Shown piece after piece: positions 7,612 to 16,783 of a stretch of 34,847 bases of DNA. Below the pieces are notes generated by a model. That model had not been told where the DNA came from, searched no databases, and saw only the letters and a list, made by a program, of their open reading frames with translations. Every line of letters starts with the position of its first letter. The stretch's first letter is position 1. Source of the DNA: Ktedonobacterales bacterium (GTDB taxonomy: Bacteria; Chloroflexota; Ktedonobacteria; Ktedonobacterales; JADMIN01); the NCBI GenBank assembly GCA_025450405.1, contig JANWHL010000087.1, positions 1-34,847 on the forward strand, written 5' to 3'. The position numbers were made by a program, and so were the translations under genes.

Positions 7612-8181
7612 TCACCCACGCGTGGCTCGGCCGTGCGGCCGGGCCAGTGTGTGCTTCAGCGCCGCGCGCGCCTCCGGCACGACGAGGGGGACGGAGGCCA
7701 CCGTGGCCCCGGCCGCCAGCAAGCACCAGCCGCAGAAGGCATGGAAATCGCGCCACTGCGTCACGGTGAGTCGGACGGCCTGCGCGACGTCGAACCCGAC
7801 TTTGGCGGCCAGCGCCAGCGGGATCCATGGCGCGGTCGCGGCGCGGTCAGCGCCGCCCATCGCCGCCAGCGCCATGGTGGCCGTATAGCTGCCCAGGCCG
7901 AGGATGCCGTCGGGGGTCGAGAGGCGCGAGTAGCCTTCTCTCGACGCGTCCACGCGGTCCGCGTCCAGGAAGGGCAGCGGTGGCTCCGGCAGGTGTCGGA
8001 TGATCCCCGTCTGGTAGAGCGTGATCAGCTGCATCGCGGCCCCCGCCAGCAGCGAAAGACCGACCACCGCGCGCCGCCGCGCCATGAAGGGTCCGCTGCC
8101 CTGGCGCAGTTGGCGGCTGAGCACGGCGGGCGCCGTCGGCGTGAGACGCACCTGGGCGGTCAGTACGTCATGTAGGCTCAT
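7612..8181 (-). CDS. VKOR-like (vitamin K epoxide reductase family) integral membrane protein with a single CxxC
   Basis: ATG 8181-8179 overlaps the SDR stop (ATGA). There are about four hydrophobic segments and a loop V..S..GY..L..PDGILGLGSY. The motif FCGWCLL sits in the last helix and contains the only two Cys residues. The longer tracked ORF 7612..8718 overlaps the SDR gene and is rejected. Confidence 0.65.
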   Translation of the reverse strand: MSLHDVLTAQVRLTPTAPAVLSRQLRQGSGPFMARRRAVVGLSLLAGAAMQLITLYQTGIIRHLPEPPLPFLDADRVDASREGYSRLSTPDGILGLGSYTATMALAAMGGADRAATAPWIPLALAAKVGFDVAQAVRLTVTQWRDFHAFCGWCLLAAGATVASVPLVVPEARAALKHTLARPHGRATRG

Positions 8182-9203
8182 CGGGCGCTCCTGGCGACCG
8201 CCCCCAGCACGGCCGCGGCGCCGATCCCGACTCCAGCGGCGACGAGCGAGTTGCGGTGCTTGACCGCCCAGAGCTCGGGGCTCCGGCTGTGGGAGCGGCT
8301 GGTGAAGTCGCCGCGTGCCGCGTAGTCGCCTGGGACGGGTTCCCAGAGGTTGTGGGGGCGATTGGGGTCGACTTTTCCATCGTACTGCTGGCCGGCGAAC
8401 CCGGTGCGGGCCAGGTACCAATCGCCGAACCAGGGGACGATCTTGTTCGCCTGGATGACGATCAGGGTGGGCAGGCCGACGTAGAGCTGGCGCCGGTGGT
8501 GGTGCGCGGCGAAGTAGATCGCGTCGGCCGCCACCTCCGGGTCGTAGATCGGCGGCACCGGCTGGGGTTTGCGCGGCATCCGGGTGAGGCACCAGCTGAA
8601 CTGCGGCGTGTTGAGCGCGGGCATCTGTACCATGGTCAGGCGCACATGGGAGCGCTCGTGCATCAGTTCGGTGCGCACCGACTCGGTGAAGCCCTGGATG
8701 GCGTGCTTGGCACCGCAATAGGCCGATTGCAGGGGGATACCACGGTACGCCAGCGCTGACCCGACCTGCACGATCACGCCGCGATTGCGCGGCTCCATCC
8801 GCTTCAGGGCGGCCTTGGTGCCCCAGACGAAGCCGAGGTAGGTCACCTCGGTGGCGCGCTGGAACTCCTCCGGCGTGATCTCGGTGAACGGCGCGAAGAC
8901 GGTGGTCATGGCGTCGTTGACCCAGACGTCGATCGGGCCGAGCTCGCGCTCGATCCGCTCCGCCGCCGCCTCCACCTCGTCGTAGTTGGCCACGTCGGCC
9001 GGCGCGATGACGGCCTTGCCGCCCAGTCCCTCAACTTCGCGCTTGGCCTCTTCGAGCCGGCTCATGCCATTGCCGCCGCGGGCGATCAGTCCCACGTGCG
9101 CGCCGTGCCGGGCGAATTCGCGAACGGTGGCCCGACCCACACCAGCCGCCGCGCCGGTGATCGCCACCACCTCCGGTTTCTCCGGTTTCCTGGCCACACT
9201 CAT
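8178..9203 (-). CDS. SDR-family oxidoreductase with C-terminal hydrophobic tail anchor
   Basis: ATG follows AGGAGGAA. It has TGAAAGVG (TGxxxGxG), NDAM, the catalytic Y-x3-K (YCGAKHA) and a C-terminal NSLVAAGVGIGAAAVLGAV helix. Confidence 0.9.
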   Translation of the reverse strand: MSVARKPEKPEVVAITGAAAGVGRATVREFARHGAHVGLIARGGNGMSRLEEAKREVEGLGGKAVIAPADVANYDEVEAAAERIERELGPIDVWVNDAMTTVFAPFTEITPEEFQRATEVTYLGFVWGTKAALKRMEPRNRGVIVQVGSALAYRGIPLQSAYCGAKHAIQGFTESVRTELMHERSHVRLTMVQMPALNTPQFSWCLTRMPRKPQPVPPIYDPEVAADAIYFAAHHHRRQLYVGLPTLIVIQANKIVPWFGDWYLARTGFAGQQYDGKVDPNRPHNLWEPVPGDYAARGDFTSRSHSRSPELWAVKHRNSLVAAGVGIGAAAVLGAVARSAR

Positions 9204-9488
9204 GCGCCATTCCTCCTGTACTTCCTGGATTTCCGCTTCCCGTCAATCGCGCCCTCCCCACGTCAGTCGCGCGGGGCAAGTGACCGCCACAGCGACCGCG
9301 GACGATCGCTGCGACCTGCCCGCACAATCATTGTCGAGGCGTCGGGGGCGCTTAACCCCTCGCGGTGCAACAGTGGTGCCAGGGAGCGATCCGCCGCCCG
9401 AGCGCGACCGGGCGGGTTGACGCGCCGCCGCGCGCGTCGCTAGGATTCATCAGGTCACGCATTTGTGCCTGGGCAAGGAGTATCAGCC

Positions 9489-10319
9489 ATGTGGTCCGGC
9501 GCCAATTTTCGGGTGAGCCAGCGCGGTGGATCGCATGAGCGACCAACGGGCGCGCGGGTGCCCGGGCCGGGATGGCGGGCGCTGGCGGTGGTCGCGTTGG
9601 CGGTGCTCGGCCTCGGCCTGGCGGCGTGTGGTGGGCCAGACGCCGGGGTGGGCCGCGCGCCAACGCGCGCGGCCGCCACGGCCACGGCGCGGCCAAGTGT
9701 GGTCTATGTGGCGCTGGGCGCATCCGACGCGGTGGGTGTGGGCGCCGACAATCCAAACACGCAGGGCTACGTGCCGCGCCTCATCGCGCGACTGCCGGCG
9801 TCCGCGCAGGCGCTGAACCTGGGCGTCTCGGGCATCACGCTCCACGACGCGCTCACCGAGGAAGTGCCGCCGGCGCTGGCGGCGCACCCCACCCTGATGA
9901 CCGTTTGGCTGGCCGCCAATGATTTCAAGGACTGCGTGCCGCTCGCCCAGTACGGCGCGGACCTCAACACGCTGCTGGCGCTGCTTCAAGCGCACACCCA
10001 GGCGCGGGTCTTCGTGGCGGACCTGCCCGATCTGAGCGAGCTGCCCGTCTTCCAGAACGGCGCGGCGCAAGCGGGGCCGTGCACACAGGGCGAGACGGCC
10101 GCCCAGATTCGGGCTCAGGTGCTCCAATGGAACCAGGTGATCGACGCCGCGGTCGCGCGCCACGGGGATTTCTTGGTGGACCTCTTCAACTCGCAGCTCG
10201 CCGCTCATCCCGAGTACATCTACCGCGATGGCTTCCATCCGTCGTCAGCCGGCTACGCCGTGCTGGCCGATCTCTTCTCGACGCAGATCCAGGCGCACGG
10301 CGGCGCGCCCCGTGCGTGA
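9489..10319 (+). CDS. SGNH/GDSL-family hydrolase lipoprotein
   Basis: ATG 9489 lies 8 nt after AAGGAG. The signal peptide has the lipobox LGLAAC. It carries block I ALGASDAVG, block III GVSG and a C-terminal DGFHPS (DxxH). Confidence 0.85.
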   Translation: MWSGANFRVSQRGGSHERPTGARVPGPGWRALAVVALAVLGLGLAACGGPDAGVGRAPTRAAATATARPSVVYVALGASDAVGVGADNPNTQGYVPRLIARLPASAQALNLGVSGITLHDALTEEVPPALAAHPTLMTVWLAANDFKDCVPLAQYGADLNTLLALLQAHTQARVFVADLPDLSELPVFQNGAAQAGPCTQGETAAQIRAQVLQWNQVIDAAVARHGDFLVDLFNSQLAAHPEYIYRDGFHPSSAGYAVLADLFSTQIQAHGGAPRA

Positions 10320-10357
10320 GGCGGATGCGGTGGTCCCGCGCACGCTGGTGGTGCGCG

Positions 10358-10864
10358 TCACGGAAGGCGTCCGCGGGCAGGCGGGAGCGGTGGCGAAAAG
10401 TCAGTCCACCAGGGCGGTAGGAGCGTGCCCGGTCCGTAGAAGGGAGCGCCCATCAACCGCCGCAACATCGTCCACACGGGGTCTTCATAACCGCCGTAGT
10501 CGGTGACGAAGATGCGGCCTGCCGCGAACATGCTCGACGGCCCGTCCACCCAATCCATGTTGACACGGCCACCGCCGGGACACGGCCAGGTGATGCCCCA
10601 CGTCACGCATTCGGCTTCTTGCGCGGCGGATTGGAGGCTCGCAAACTCGCGGACATCGAGTGCCACGCCATTGACCACCATGGAGTGGCCAGGGACTGGG
10701 AAGAACATTACCGGCGGACCGTATCCGCCGTCGCGTACCCGTGCGCCGAGCGGGCGCAAATCCTGGGCGAGCGACGCGTAATCTACCGCTGGCACCAGCC
10801 TTGGCGCGGGAGCGTGGGCGGACGGCTCCCGCCAGGGGGCGCAGGCAGCCAGGGTGTAGAGCAC
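10358..10864 (-). CDS. hypothetical protein, probably secreted/lipoprotein; 5' end unresolved (see frameshift finding)
   Basis: GC3-rich frame beginning at GTG 10864 (VLYTLAACAPW...). A much better start signal (GAGGAGG-5 nt-ATG 10914) lies in another frame. No family recognised. Confidence 0.55.
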   Translation of the reverse strand: MLYTLAACAPWREPSAHAPAPRLVPAVDYASLAQDLRPLGARVRDGGYGPPVMFFPVPGHSMVVNGVALDVREFASLQSAAQEAECVTWGITWPCPGGGRVNMDWVDGPSSMFAAGRIFVTDYGGYEDPVWTMLRRLMGAPFYGPGTLLPPWWTDFSPPLPPARGRLP

Positions 10865-10970
10865 CAGTCCAGCACGGCCAGCGCGCGGCCCGCGGCATTT
10901 CCCGGAAGGTGCATGGCCGCCTCCTCGCGCCTTTCAGTCGCCCGGCGCCAAAGGCGTCCGGCATAGAGGC

Positions 10971-10999
10971 AGTATAGCGCGGAGGAGGCGGGCGTGCAA
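10971..10999 (-). promoter_or_regulatory. near-consensus sigma70 promoter (TTGCAC-17 bp-TATACT)
   Basis: The minus strand reads aTTGCACgcccgcctcctccgcgcTATACTgcc. It lies ~50 nt upstream of ATG 10914. Confidence 0.6.
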
Positions 11000-11034
11000 T
11001 CGCCCGGACGGACCGCACGGACGGACGGGGCGCG

Positions 11035-12219
11035 TCACGCGCGCCAGACCTGCGCCGTGCCATCCACACTGGCCGAGGCGATCAGCGTTCCATCCGGTGA
11101 CCACGCCACTTTGAAGATGATGTCGGTGTGGCCGGCATAGGTCTTGGTGGTCTGTCCAGTCGACGCGTTCCAGACGCGCACGCTGTGGTCATCGCCGCCC
11201 GAGGCAATGCGCTTGCCGTCGGGCGACCACGCGAGGGCGTAGACCTGGCCGGTCGAGCCAGTGTAGGTGAGGAGGGTGTGGCCGCTCGTGGCGTCCCAGA
11301 CCTTTACGGAATTGCCGGTGGTGACCGGGTTGAAGTTGCCCGCCGCCCCGGTCCCGGAGACAATGCGCTGGCTATCCGGCGACCAGGCAACCTCCCAGAC
11401 GGGAGCGCCGTTGCCCGAATACGTGATCAGGTGATGGCCGGTTTTCGCTGCCCACACCTGGACGGTGCCATTATGGCTGGCCGAAGCGATGCGCGACCCA
11501 TCGGGCGACCACGCCACTCGCTCGACATCACTGGATTGGCCCGCGTAGGTCACGATGGCCGCACCACTCCGCGTGTCCCAGACTTTCGCTGTCCCGTCCT
11601 GGCTGCCCGAGACGAAATAGCGACTATCCGGCGACCATGCCAGGCCCTCGATGGAGCCGGTCTGACCGGCGTAGGTCGCGAGCTGGTGGCCCGTCGTGGC
11701 ATCCAGCAGCGCCAGCGAGCCGCGCAGACCGCCCGCGACAATGCGCTGTCCGTCCGGGGACCACGCCACGGAGAAGGCATAGGAGGCGACGCTGGTGGTC
11801 CAGAGCATCGTGGCCGTGTGGGCGTCCCAGACCTGGACGGTGCCATCGTTGCCGCAGGAGGCGACATGCTTGCCGTCGGGCGACCACGCGAGCGAGATGA
11901 CCGGCCCAGTGTGCCCCTGGTAGGTGACCAGGGCACCGGCGCGTGCCGCGGCGGCATCCGTGGGAGCGGGGGCGGGTGTGTCCGTGGCGGCGGGCGGGTG
12001 CGCGGTGTTGGTCGGGAGCGGTGTCCCACCGGTCGAGCCGGCGGGCGAACCGCACGCGACGGGCAGGAGGAACAGGCCGCAGCAGAGGGGCGCGACCAGG
12101 AGGCGCCGCGCGCCGCGCTGGGACAAGCCGCGCTGGGACAAGCCGCGCTGGGGCAAATGGAATCGCGTGAGCATTGGGGAGAGCGTGATGGGCATGCCGC
12201 CCAGGCGTCGTCGCGTCAT
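11035..12219 (-). CDS. seven-bladed WD40 repeat lipoprotein
   Basis: ATG 12219 follows AAGAGGA. The signal peptide ends in the lipobox LLPVAC-G. Seven (L/V)AWSPD(G/S) units each carry a downstream (V/K)VW(D/N/A) motif. The tracked ORF extends to 12324, but that start has no SD. Confidence 0.9.
   Translation of the reverse strand: MTRRRLGGMPITLSPMLTRFHLPQRGLSQRGLSQRGARRLLVAPLCCGLFLLPVACGSPAGSTGGTPLPTNTAHPPAATDTPAPAPTDAAAARAGALVTYQGHTGPVISLAWSPDGKHVASCGNDGTVQVWDAHTATMLWTTSVASYAFSVAWSPDGQRIVAGGLRGSLALLDATTGHQLATYAGQTGSIEGLAWSPDSRYFVSGSQDGTAKVWDTRSGAAIVTYAGQSSDVERVAWSPDGSRIASASHNGTVQVWAAKTGHHLITYSGNGAPVWEVAWSPDSQRIVSGTGAAGNFNPVTTGNSVKVWDATSGHTLLTYTGSTGQVYALAWSPDGKRIASGGDDHSVRVWNASTGQTTKTYAGHTDIIFKVAWSPDGTLIASASVDGTAQVWRA
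12113..12157. repeat. 15-bp tandem repeat x3 (CCGCGCTGGGACAAG) inside the WD40 signal-peptide n-region
   Basis: Units lie at 12113-12127 and 12128-12142 (both perfect) and at 12143-12157 (2 mismatches). They encode QRGLS-QRGLS-QRG on the minus strand. Confidence 0.9.
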
Positions 12220-12367
12220 CTTTATCCTCTTGGCGCGATGGGGTATGACCAATCGCGATCGGTCCAGGCGAGGGCAGGTCGCCGCCGCTGCGCCAAGCAT
12301 GCCATACGGATGGCTGGCTGTCATGCGTCGAAAGACGTATCTTGGAGCTGTGGGCCGGGCTGGGCCA

Positions 12368-13693
12368 TCAGCCGAGCAGTCCCAGCTGCCGGCCCCGGGC
12401 GATGGCGGCGGTGCGCCGGCCTACCCCAAGCTTGGCGAAGATATGCTCGAGGTGTTTCTTGACGGTCCCAGGGGTGATGACCAGCTCACTGGCGATTGCC
12501 TGATTGGTGAGGCCGGCCGCGACCAGGCGGAGCACGTCCACTTCGCGGTTGCTCAGGCGCTCGGACGGCGCATCGGCCATGACCACGGCGACATTGTTGG
12601 GCGCCGCAAGCAGCGGGCGCACGGGAGACGTGGAGGCTTCGGCGGCCTCTGCCAGGGACACGCCGGGCACGTTCTCCTCGAAGAAGCGGCTCCACTGCGC
12701 GATGTGGGGCGCCGCCACCCCGGGCGCCAGGTCGCGCAGTGCCCGGGCAGCCGGCACGGTGTCGGCGAGACGACCCAGGTGATAGGAGTACATTGCCTGG
12801 TCGCCAAGTAGCGCGGCGACCGCGTATCGATCGCCGTAGAGGCGCGCCAGCGCGACGGCAGTTTCCGCCCACGCCTGGGACTGGGCATAGTCACCCCGTG
12901 CGCGCGCCAGCTCGGTCTGTGCCGCCGCCATCACCAGGCGGCGTTCGGGGGCCGACGCGCCGCCCCCAGCGGCCGGCGCCAACAGCCGCAGGCACGCCTC
13001 GAGATGCTCACGAGCCGAGTCCGGGCGGCCACGCAAGCGCGCGTAGAGACCGCTGGCGAAGCGCAGGACGGCCAGACTGTCACGGTCCACGCGCTGGGGG
13101 TCGGGGCCGAAGGGCTCGCCGAACCAGCCGGACTCCGCGCCATTGCTCAGCAGGTCCGTGATCTGCGCGAAGCCCAGGAGCGGGTCCCAAAAGCCTGGTG
13201 TACCCGGCGCGGCGGTTGTGCCCTTCAGGCTCGCCATCCAGAGGTCGCGCCCCTCGGCGTAGCGCCCGTGGCTGAAGAGCAGGATGCCAAGGCGGTTGAG
13301 CAGGCGCGAGCGGCGGCGGTGGGCCGAAGTGGCGCGGCAGGCGGCGATCCCCAGGCGCAGCGCCCGCTCCGCGGTGGCGTGATCGTCGACGCGGCAGACG
13401 ACGCGAGCCAGCCCCTCCGCCAGGCGGGACGCCGTGCCATAGCGCCCGTGTTCAAAGGCGCCGGTGAGCGCGTCGTACAGGAATTCCCATTCGTGCTCCA
13501 ATTGTGGCGGATCGCCGGCGAAGCGTTTGACGTACTCCAGGGCATACGCGCGCGCGTCTCCAGGATGATCGCGGGCCGCGGCGGGCACGAGTGGCTCGAG
13601 CCGCCGCGGCGCTTCGCTAGCGGGGGCGTCCGGCCGGGCGTGGCGGCGCGCGGGCAAGACGGCGGGCCGTGTGTGGGTCAGTGCGCGGGTCAT
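12368..13693 (-). CDS. LuxR-family transcriptional regulator with N-terminal helical-repeat (TPR-like) domain
   Basis: The C-terminus [45 protein letters not shown] is the LuxR/GerE HTH. ATG 13693 follows GGAGAGGTGG. The upstream part of tracked ORF 12368..14002 crosses a promoter-like region. Confidence 0.85.
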   Translation of the reverse strand: MTRALTHTRPAVLPARRHARPDAPASEAPRRLEPLVPAAARDHPGDARAYALEYVKRFAGDPPQLEHEWEFLYDALTGAFEHGRYGTASRLAEGLARVVCRVDDHATAERALRLGIAACRATSAHRRRSRLLNRLGILLFSHGRYAEGRDLWMASLKGTTAAPGTPGFWDPLLGFAQITDLLSNGAESGWFGEPFGPDPQRVDRDSLAVLRFASGLYARLRGRPDSAREHLEACLRLLAPAAGGGASAPERRLVMAAAQTELARARGDYAQSQAWAETAVALARLYGDRYAVAALLGDQAMYSYHLGRLADTVPAARALRDLAPGVAAPHIAQWSRFFEENVPGVSLAEAAEASTSPVRPLLAAPNNVAVVMADAPSERLSNREVDVLRLVAAGLTNQAIASELVITPGTVKKHLEHIFAKLGVGRRTAAIARGRQLGLLG

Positions 13694-13877
13694 GGGTCTG
13701 CCACCTCTCCGCGCGACGGCCAGCCGCCCAGGGTGGGTGACGGCGGATTGCGGGACGCGCCGGGACACCCGTGCGCTCAAGTAGGGTACGTCCATGTATT
13801 GTACGTCTGGGAGGGCGTCTTCCTCACGGGCCTTGCGCGACGCCTGGCCGTGCACGCCGGGAGCGGCGGCGCGCACC

Positions 13878-13886
13878 TGGTATAAT
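13878..13886 (+). promoter_or_regulatory. extended -10 promoter element TGGTATAAT upstream of the PFK gene
   Basis: Read directly; lies ~100 nt upstream of TTG 13987. Confidence 0.5.
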
Positions 13887-13986
13887 AGCCGCGGACGTGC
13901 CCAGATGGTCGCGACGGGGTCGCGGCTGGTGGAACCGGTCCCCTCACAACCATCATCCCCCCTGAGATTGCGGGAGCACACGACCC

Positions 13987-15204
13987 TTGACGTATTCCAC
14001 ATCCCGCCCGCGCGGCCATCTGCTGATCGGCCAATCCGGCGGCGCCACCGCCGTGATCAATGCCAGCCTCGCGGGCGCGGTTCGTGAAGCCCTGGCCAGC
14101 GATGGGATCGACGGCATTTACGGCGCCCGCCACGGCATCCAGGGGCTGCTCGACGGCGATCTGCTCGACCTGCGGCGCGAGCCAGCCGCTACCTGGGATG
14201 GCCTCGTAGCTACCCCCTCGGCGGCGCTCGGTTCGTGTCGCTATCGCCTCCAGCCGGACGACCCGGAGCGCGCCCTCGACCTGCTGCGCCGGCTCAGTGT
14301 GCGTCACTTCCTCTACATCGGTGGCAATGACTCGGCCGACACCGCGCACCGCATCGCGCTGGCCGCGCGTGCGGCCGACTACGACCTGCGCGTGGTCTGC
14401 GTGCCCAAGACCATCGACAACGACCTCCCCGGCACCGACCACTGCCCCGGCTATGGCAGCGCCGCGCGCTTCATCGCGCTGGCGACGATGGACTCGGCCA
14501 TGTGCACTGAGGCGATCCCGACGCACTATCCCGTGAAGGTGATCGAGGTGATGGGCCGCGACGCCGGCTGGCTCGCCGCGGCCGCCGCGCTGGGCAAAGA
14601 GCGCGAGGAGGACGCCCCGCACCTGATCTACGTGCCCGAGCGCCCGTTTGTCCCCACGCGCTTCCTCGAGGACGTGCGCCGGGCGCACGAGCGCTATGGG
14701 TATGTCGTCGCCGTGGTGACCGAGACCGTCCGCGACGAGCGCGGCCAGCCGCTCGGCGCCGTCGGAGCGCAGGGAGTGGATGCTTTCGGCCACCAACTGC
14801 TCGGCGGGGCGGCCCAGGCGCTGGTCGGCATGGTGCGCGAGGAGCTAGGTCTGCGTGCGCGCTTCGACCGGCCGGGCGACCTCCAGCGCATGGCCTCCTC
14901 GTGCGTGTCCGCGACCGACCGGGACGAGGCGTATCGGGTTGGCGGCGCCGCCGTCCGTGCCGCGCTGAGTGGTGTGACCGACAAGATGGTGACGCTGGTG
15001 CGCGTCCTCGGCCCCGCGTACGCCTGCGAGACCAACCTGGTAGACCTCGACGTGGTCGCGAATGAGCAGCGTCTGCTGCCGGCCGAGTACCTCGACGCGG
15101 AAGGCACCGGCGTCACGCCCGCTTTCCGCGACTACGCGCTGCCGCTGATCGGGGACCCCCTGCCCCGCCACGTCCGCCTGCGCGGCGTACCGATCGGCCA
15201 GTAG
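13987..15204 (+). CDS. pfp: 6-phosphofructokinase family enzyme with PPi-type (Asp/Lys) specificity signature
   Basis: Motifs seen: [47 protein letters not shown]. Asp and Lys occupy the positions equivalent to E. coli PfkA G104 and G124. The start is TTG 13987 after GGGAG. Confidence 0.8.
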   Translation: MTYSTSRPRGHLLIGQSGGATAVINASLAGAVREALASDGIDGIYGARHGIQGLLDGDLLDLRREPAATWDGLVATPSAALGSCRYRLQPDDPERALDLLRRLSVRHFLYIGGNDSADTAHRIALAARAADYDLRVVCVPKTIDNDLPGTDHCPGYGSAARFIALATMDSAMCTEAIPTHYPVKVIEVMGRDAGWLAAAAALGKEREEDAPHLIYVPERPFVPTRFLEDVRRAHERYGYVVAVVTETVRDERGQPLGAVGAQGVDAFGHQLLGGAAQALVGMVREELGLRARFDRPGDLQRMASSCVSATDRDEAYRVGGAAVRAALSGVTDKMVTLVRVLGPAYACETNLVDLDVVANEQRLLPAEYLDAEGTGVTPAFRDYALPLIGDPLPRHVRLRGVPIGQ

Positions 15205-15321
15205 GCGCGAGACGCGGGAGGAGCGAGAGCGGCGCGAGCCGGGCGCGGCTTGCCGGTGATAGGATGTGCGCGCAGCCGCCGCGGCGGGTCGCTGGCGGCC
15301 ACGCGAAAAGAGGTGATGGCG

Positions 15322-16500
15322 ATGGCGAGCCTTGACCGCGCGGTGATCGTCGTGCTCGACGGGGTGGGTGTGGGCAACGCCCCCGACGCCGACGTCTATG
15401 GCGACGAGGGCGCCAGCAGCATCGAGCACTGCGCGGCGGCCATCGGCGGCCTGGCTCTGCCAACCCTGGGCAGCATGGGACTGGGGAACATCACGCCGGT
15501 CCTGGGCACGCCGCCGGCCGCGCATCCCATCGGCGGCTACGGGCGCATGGCCGAGGCCGCCGCCGGCAAAGACAGCACGACGGGCCACTGGGAGATGGCC
15601 GGTGTCGTCCTCGAGCGGCCGCTGCCCACCTATCCCCACGGCTTCCCGGCGGAGCTGGTCGCGCGCTTCGAGGCGGCCATCGGGCGAGGCACACTCGGGA
15701 ACAAAGCCGCCTCGGGCACCGAGATCATCGCCGAGCTGGGCGCGGAGCACATGCGAACGGGGAAACCGATCCTCTACACCTCGGCGGATAGCGTCTTCCA
15801 GCTCGCGGCCCACGAGGGCATCATCCCGCTTCAAGACCTCTATCACCTGTGCGAGGTGGCGCGCGGCCTGCTCACGGGGGAGAACGCGGTCGGTCGTGTC
15901 ATCGCGCGGCCGTTCGAGGGCGAGCCAGGCCACTTCGTGCGGACACCGCGGCGCCGCGACTTCTCGCTGGAGCCGACCGGCACGACGCTGCTGGACGTGC
16001 TGAAAGCGGCGGGCTACGACGTGATCGGCGTCGGCAAGATCGAGGATCTCTTCGCCGAGCGCGGCCTGACGGCGACCCAGCACCCCGGCACCAATGTGGA
16101 GGGATGCGCCGCGACCGTGCGTGTGCTCGCGCGGCCGTTCCACGGCCTGCTCTTTGTCAATCTGGTGGAAAACGACCAGCTCTGGGGCCACCGGCGCGAC
16201 CCGGAGGGCTATGGTCGCGCCCTCGCCGACATTGACGCCTGGCTGCCGGAGGTCCTCGGCCTGCTCGGCCCGCGCGACGCGCTCTTCATCACCGGGGACC
16301 ATGGCGTGGACCCCACCTATCGCGGGACGGACCACACGCGCGAGTGCGTCCCACTGCTCTGCGCTGGCCCGGCCGTGCGGCCCGATGTCGCGCTGGGCAC
16401 GCGGGCGACCTTCGCCGACCTGGGGCAGACACTCGCCGCCGCGTTCGAGGTCGCGCCACTGGCGCACGGCACCAGCTTCGCGCGCGAGATCGGGCTCTGA
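15322..16500 (+). CDS. deoB: phosphopentomutase
   Basis: Motifs seen: VLDGVGVGNAPDA, GKDSTTGHWEMAG, PILYTSADSVFQLAAHE, FVNLVENDQLWGHRRD, TGDHGVDPT. ATG 15322 lies 8 nt after AAGAGG; ATG 15316 is too close to the SD. Confidence 0.9.
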   Translation: MASLDRAVIVVLDGVGVGNAPDADVYGDEGASSIEHCAAAIGGLALPTLGSMGLGNITPVLGTPPAAHPIGGYGRMAEAAAGKDSTTGHWEMAGVVLERPLPTYPHGFPAELVARFEAAIGRGTLGNKAASGTEIIAELGAEHMRTGKPILYTSADSVFQLAAHEGIIPLQDLYHLCEVARGLLTGENAVGRVIARPFEGEPGHFVRTPRRRDFSLEPTGTTLLDVLKAAGYDVIGVGKIEDLFAERGLTATQHPGTNVEGCAATVRVLARPFHGLLFVNLVENDQLWGHRRDPEGYGRALADIDAWLPEVLGLLGPRDALFITGDHGVDPTYRGTDHTRECVPLLCAGPAVRPDVALGTRATFADLGQTLAAAFEVAPLAHGTSFAREIGL

Positions 16501-16721
16501 GCGCCGCTGGCGATTCAGTTGCCCCGGTGCGGCATGGCGGTCGTGCGGGGATGGTCTTGAGGGATCGTGTCGCCGCCGCGGCTTTGTGGTACACCTATGA
16601 GGCGCGGCCATGGGCTGGGCGAACGCGTCAGTAAATCGGTCGCGGCCCAGATCGGTCAGTCGCGCTGACGCGCGGGCGGCCAGTGACCGGCGGGGGACGC
16701 CCGCGGCGCCACACGGCGCTC

Positions 16722-16730
16722 TGGTATGCT
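16722..16730 (+). promoter_or_regulatory. extended -10 element TGGTATGCT upstream of the PMM/PGM gene
   Basis: Read directly; lies ~55 nt upstream of ATG 16784. Confidence 0.45.
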
Positions 16731-16783
16731 CCATGCCCCAACGTGGGCACGTCACCTGGCCGAGAGAGGAGGCCTTCGCACCT

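Noticed and set aside
8182-8718. Upstream extension of ORF 7612..8718 (368 aa)
   Set aside because: It overlaps the well-supported SDR gene in another frame. The credible membrane protein starts at ATG 8181, in an ATGA overlap with the SDR stop.
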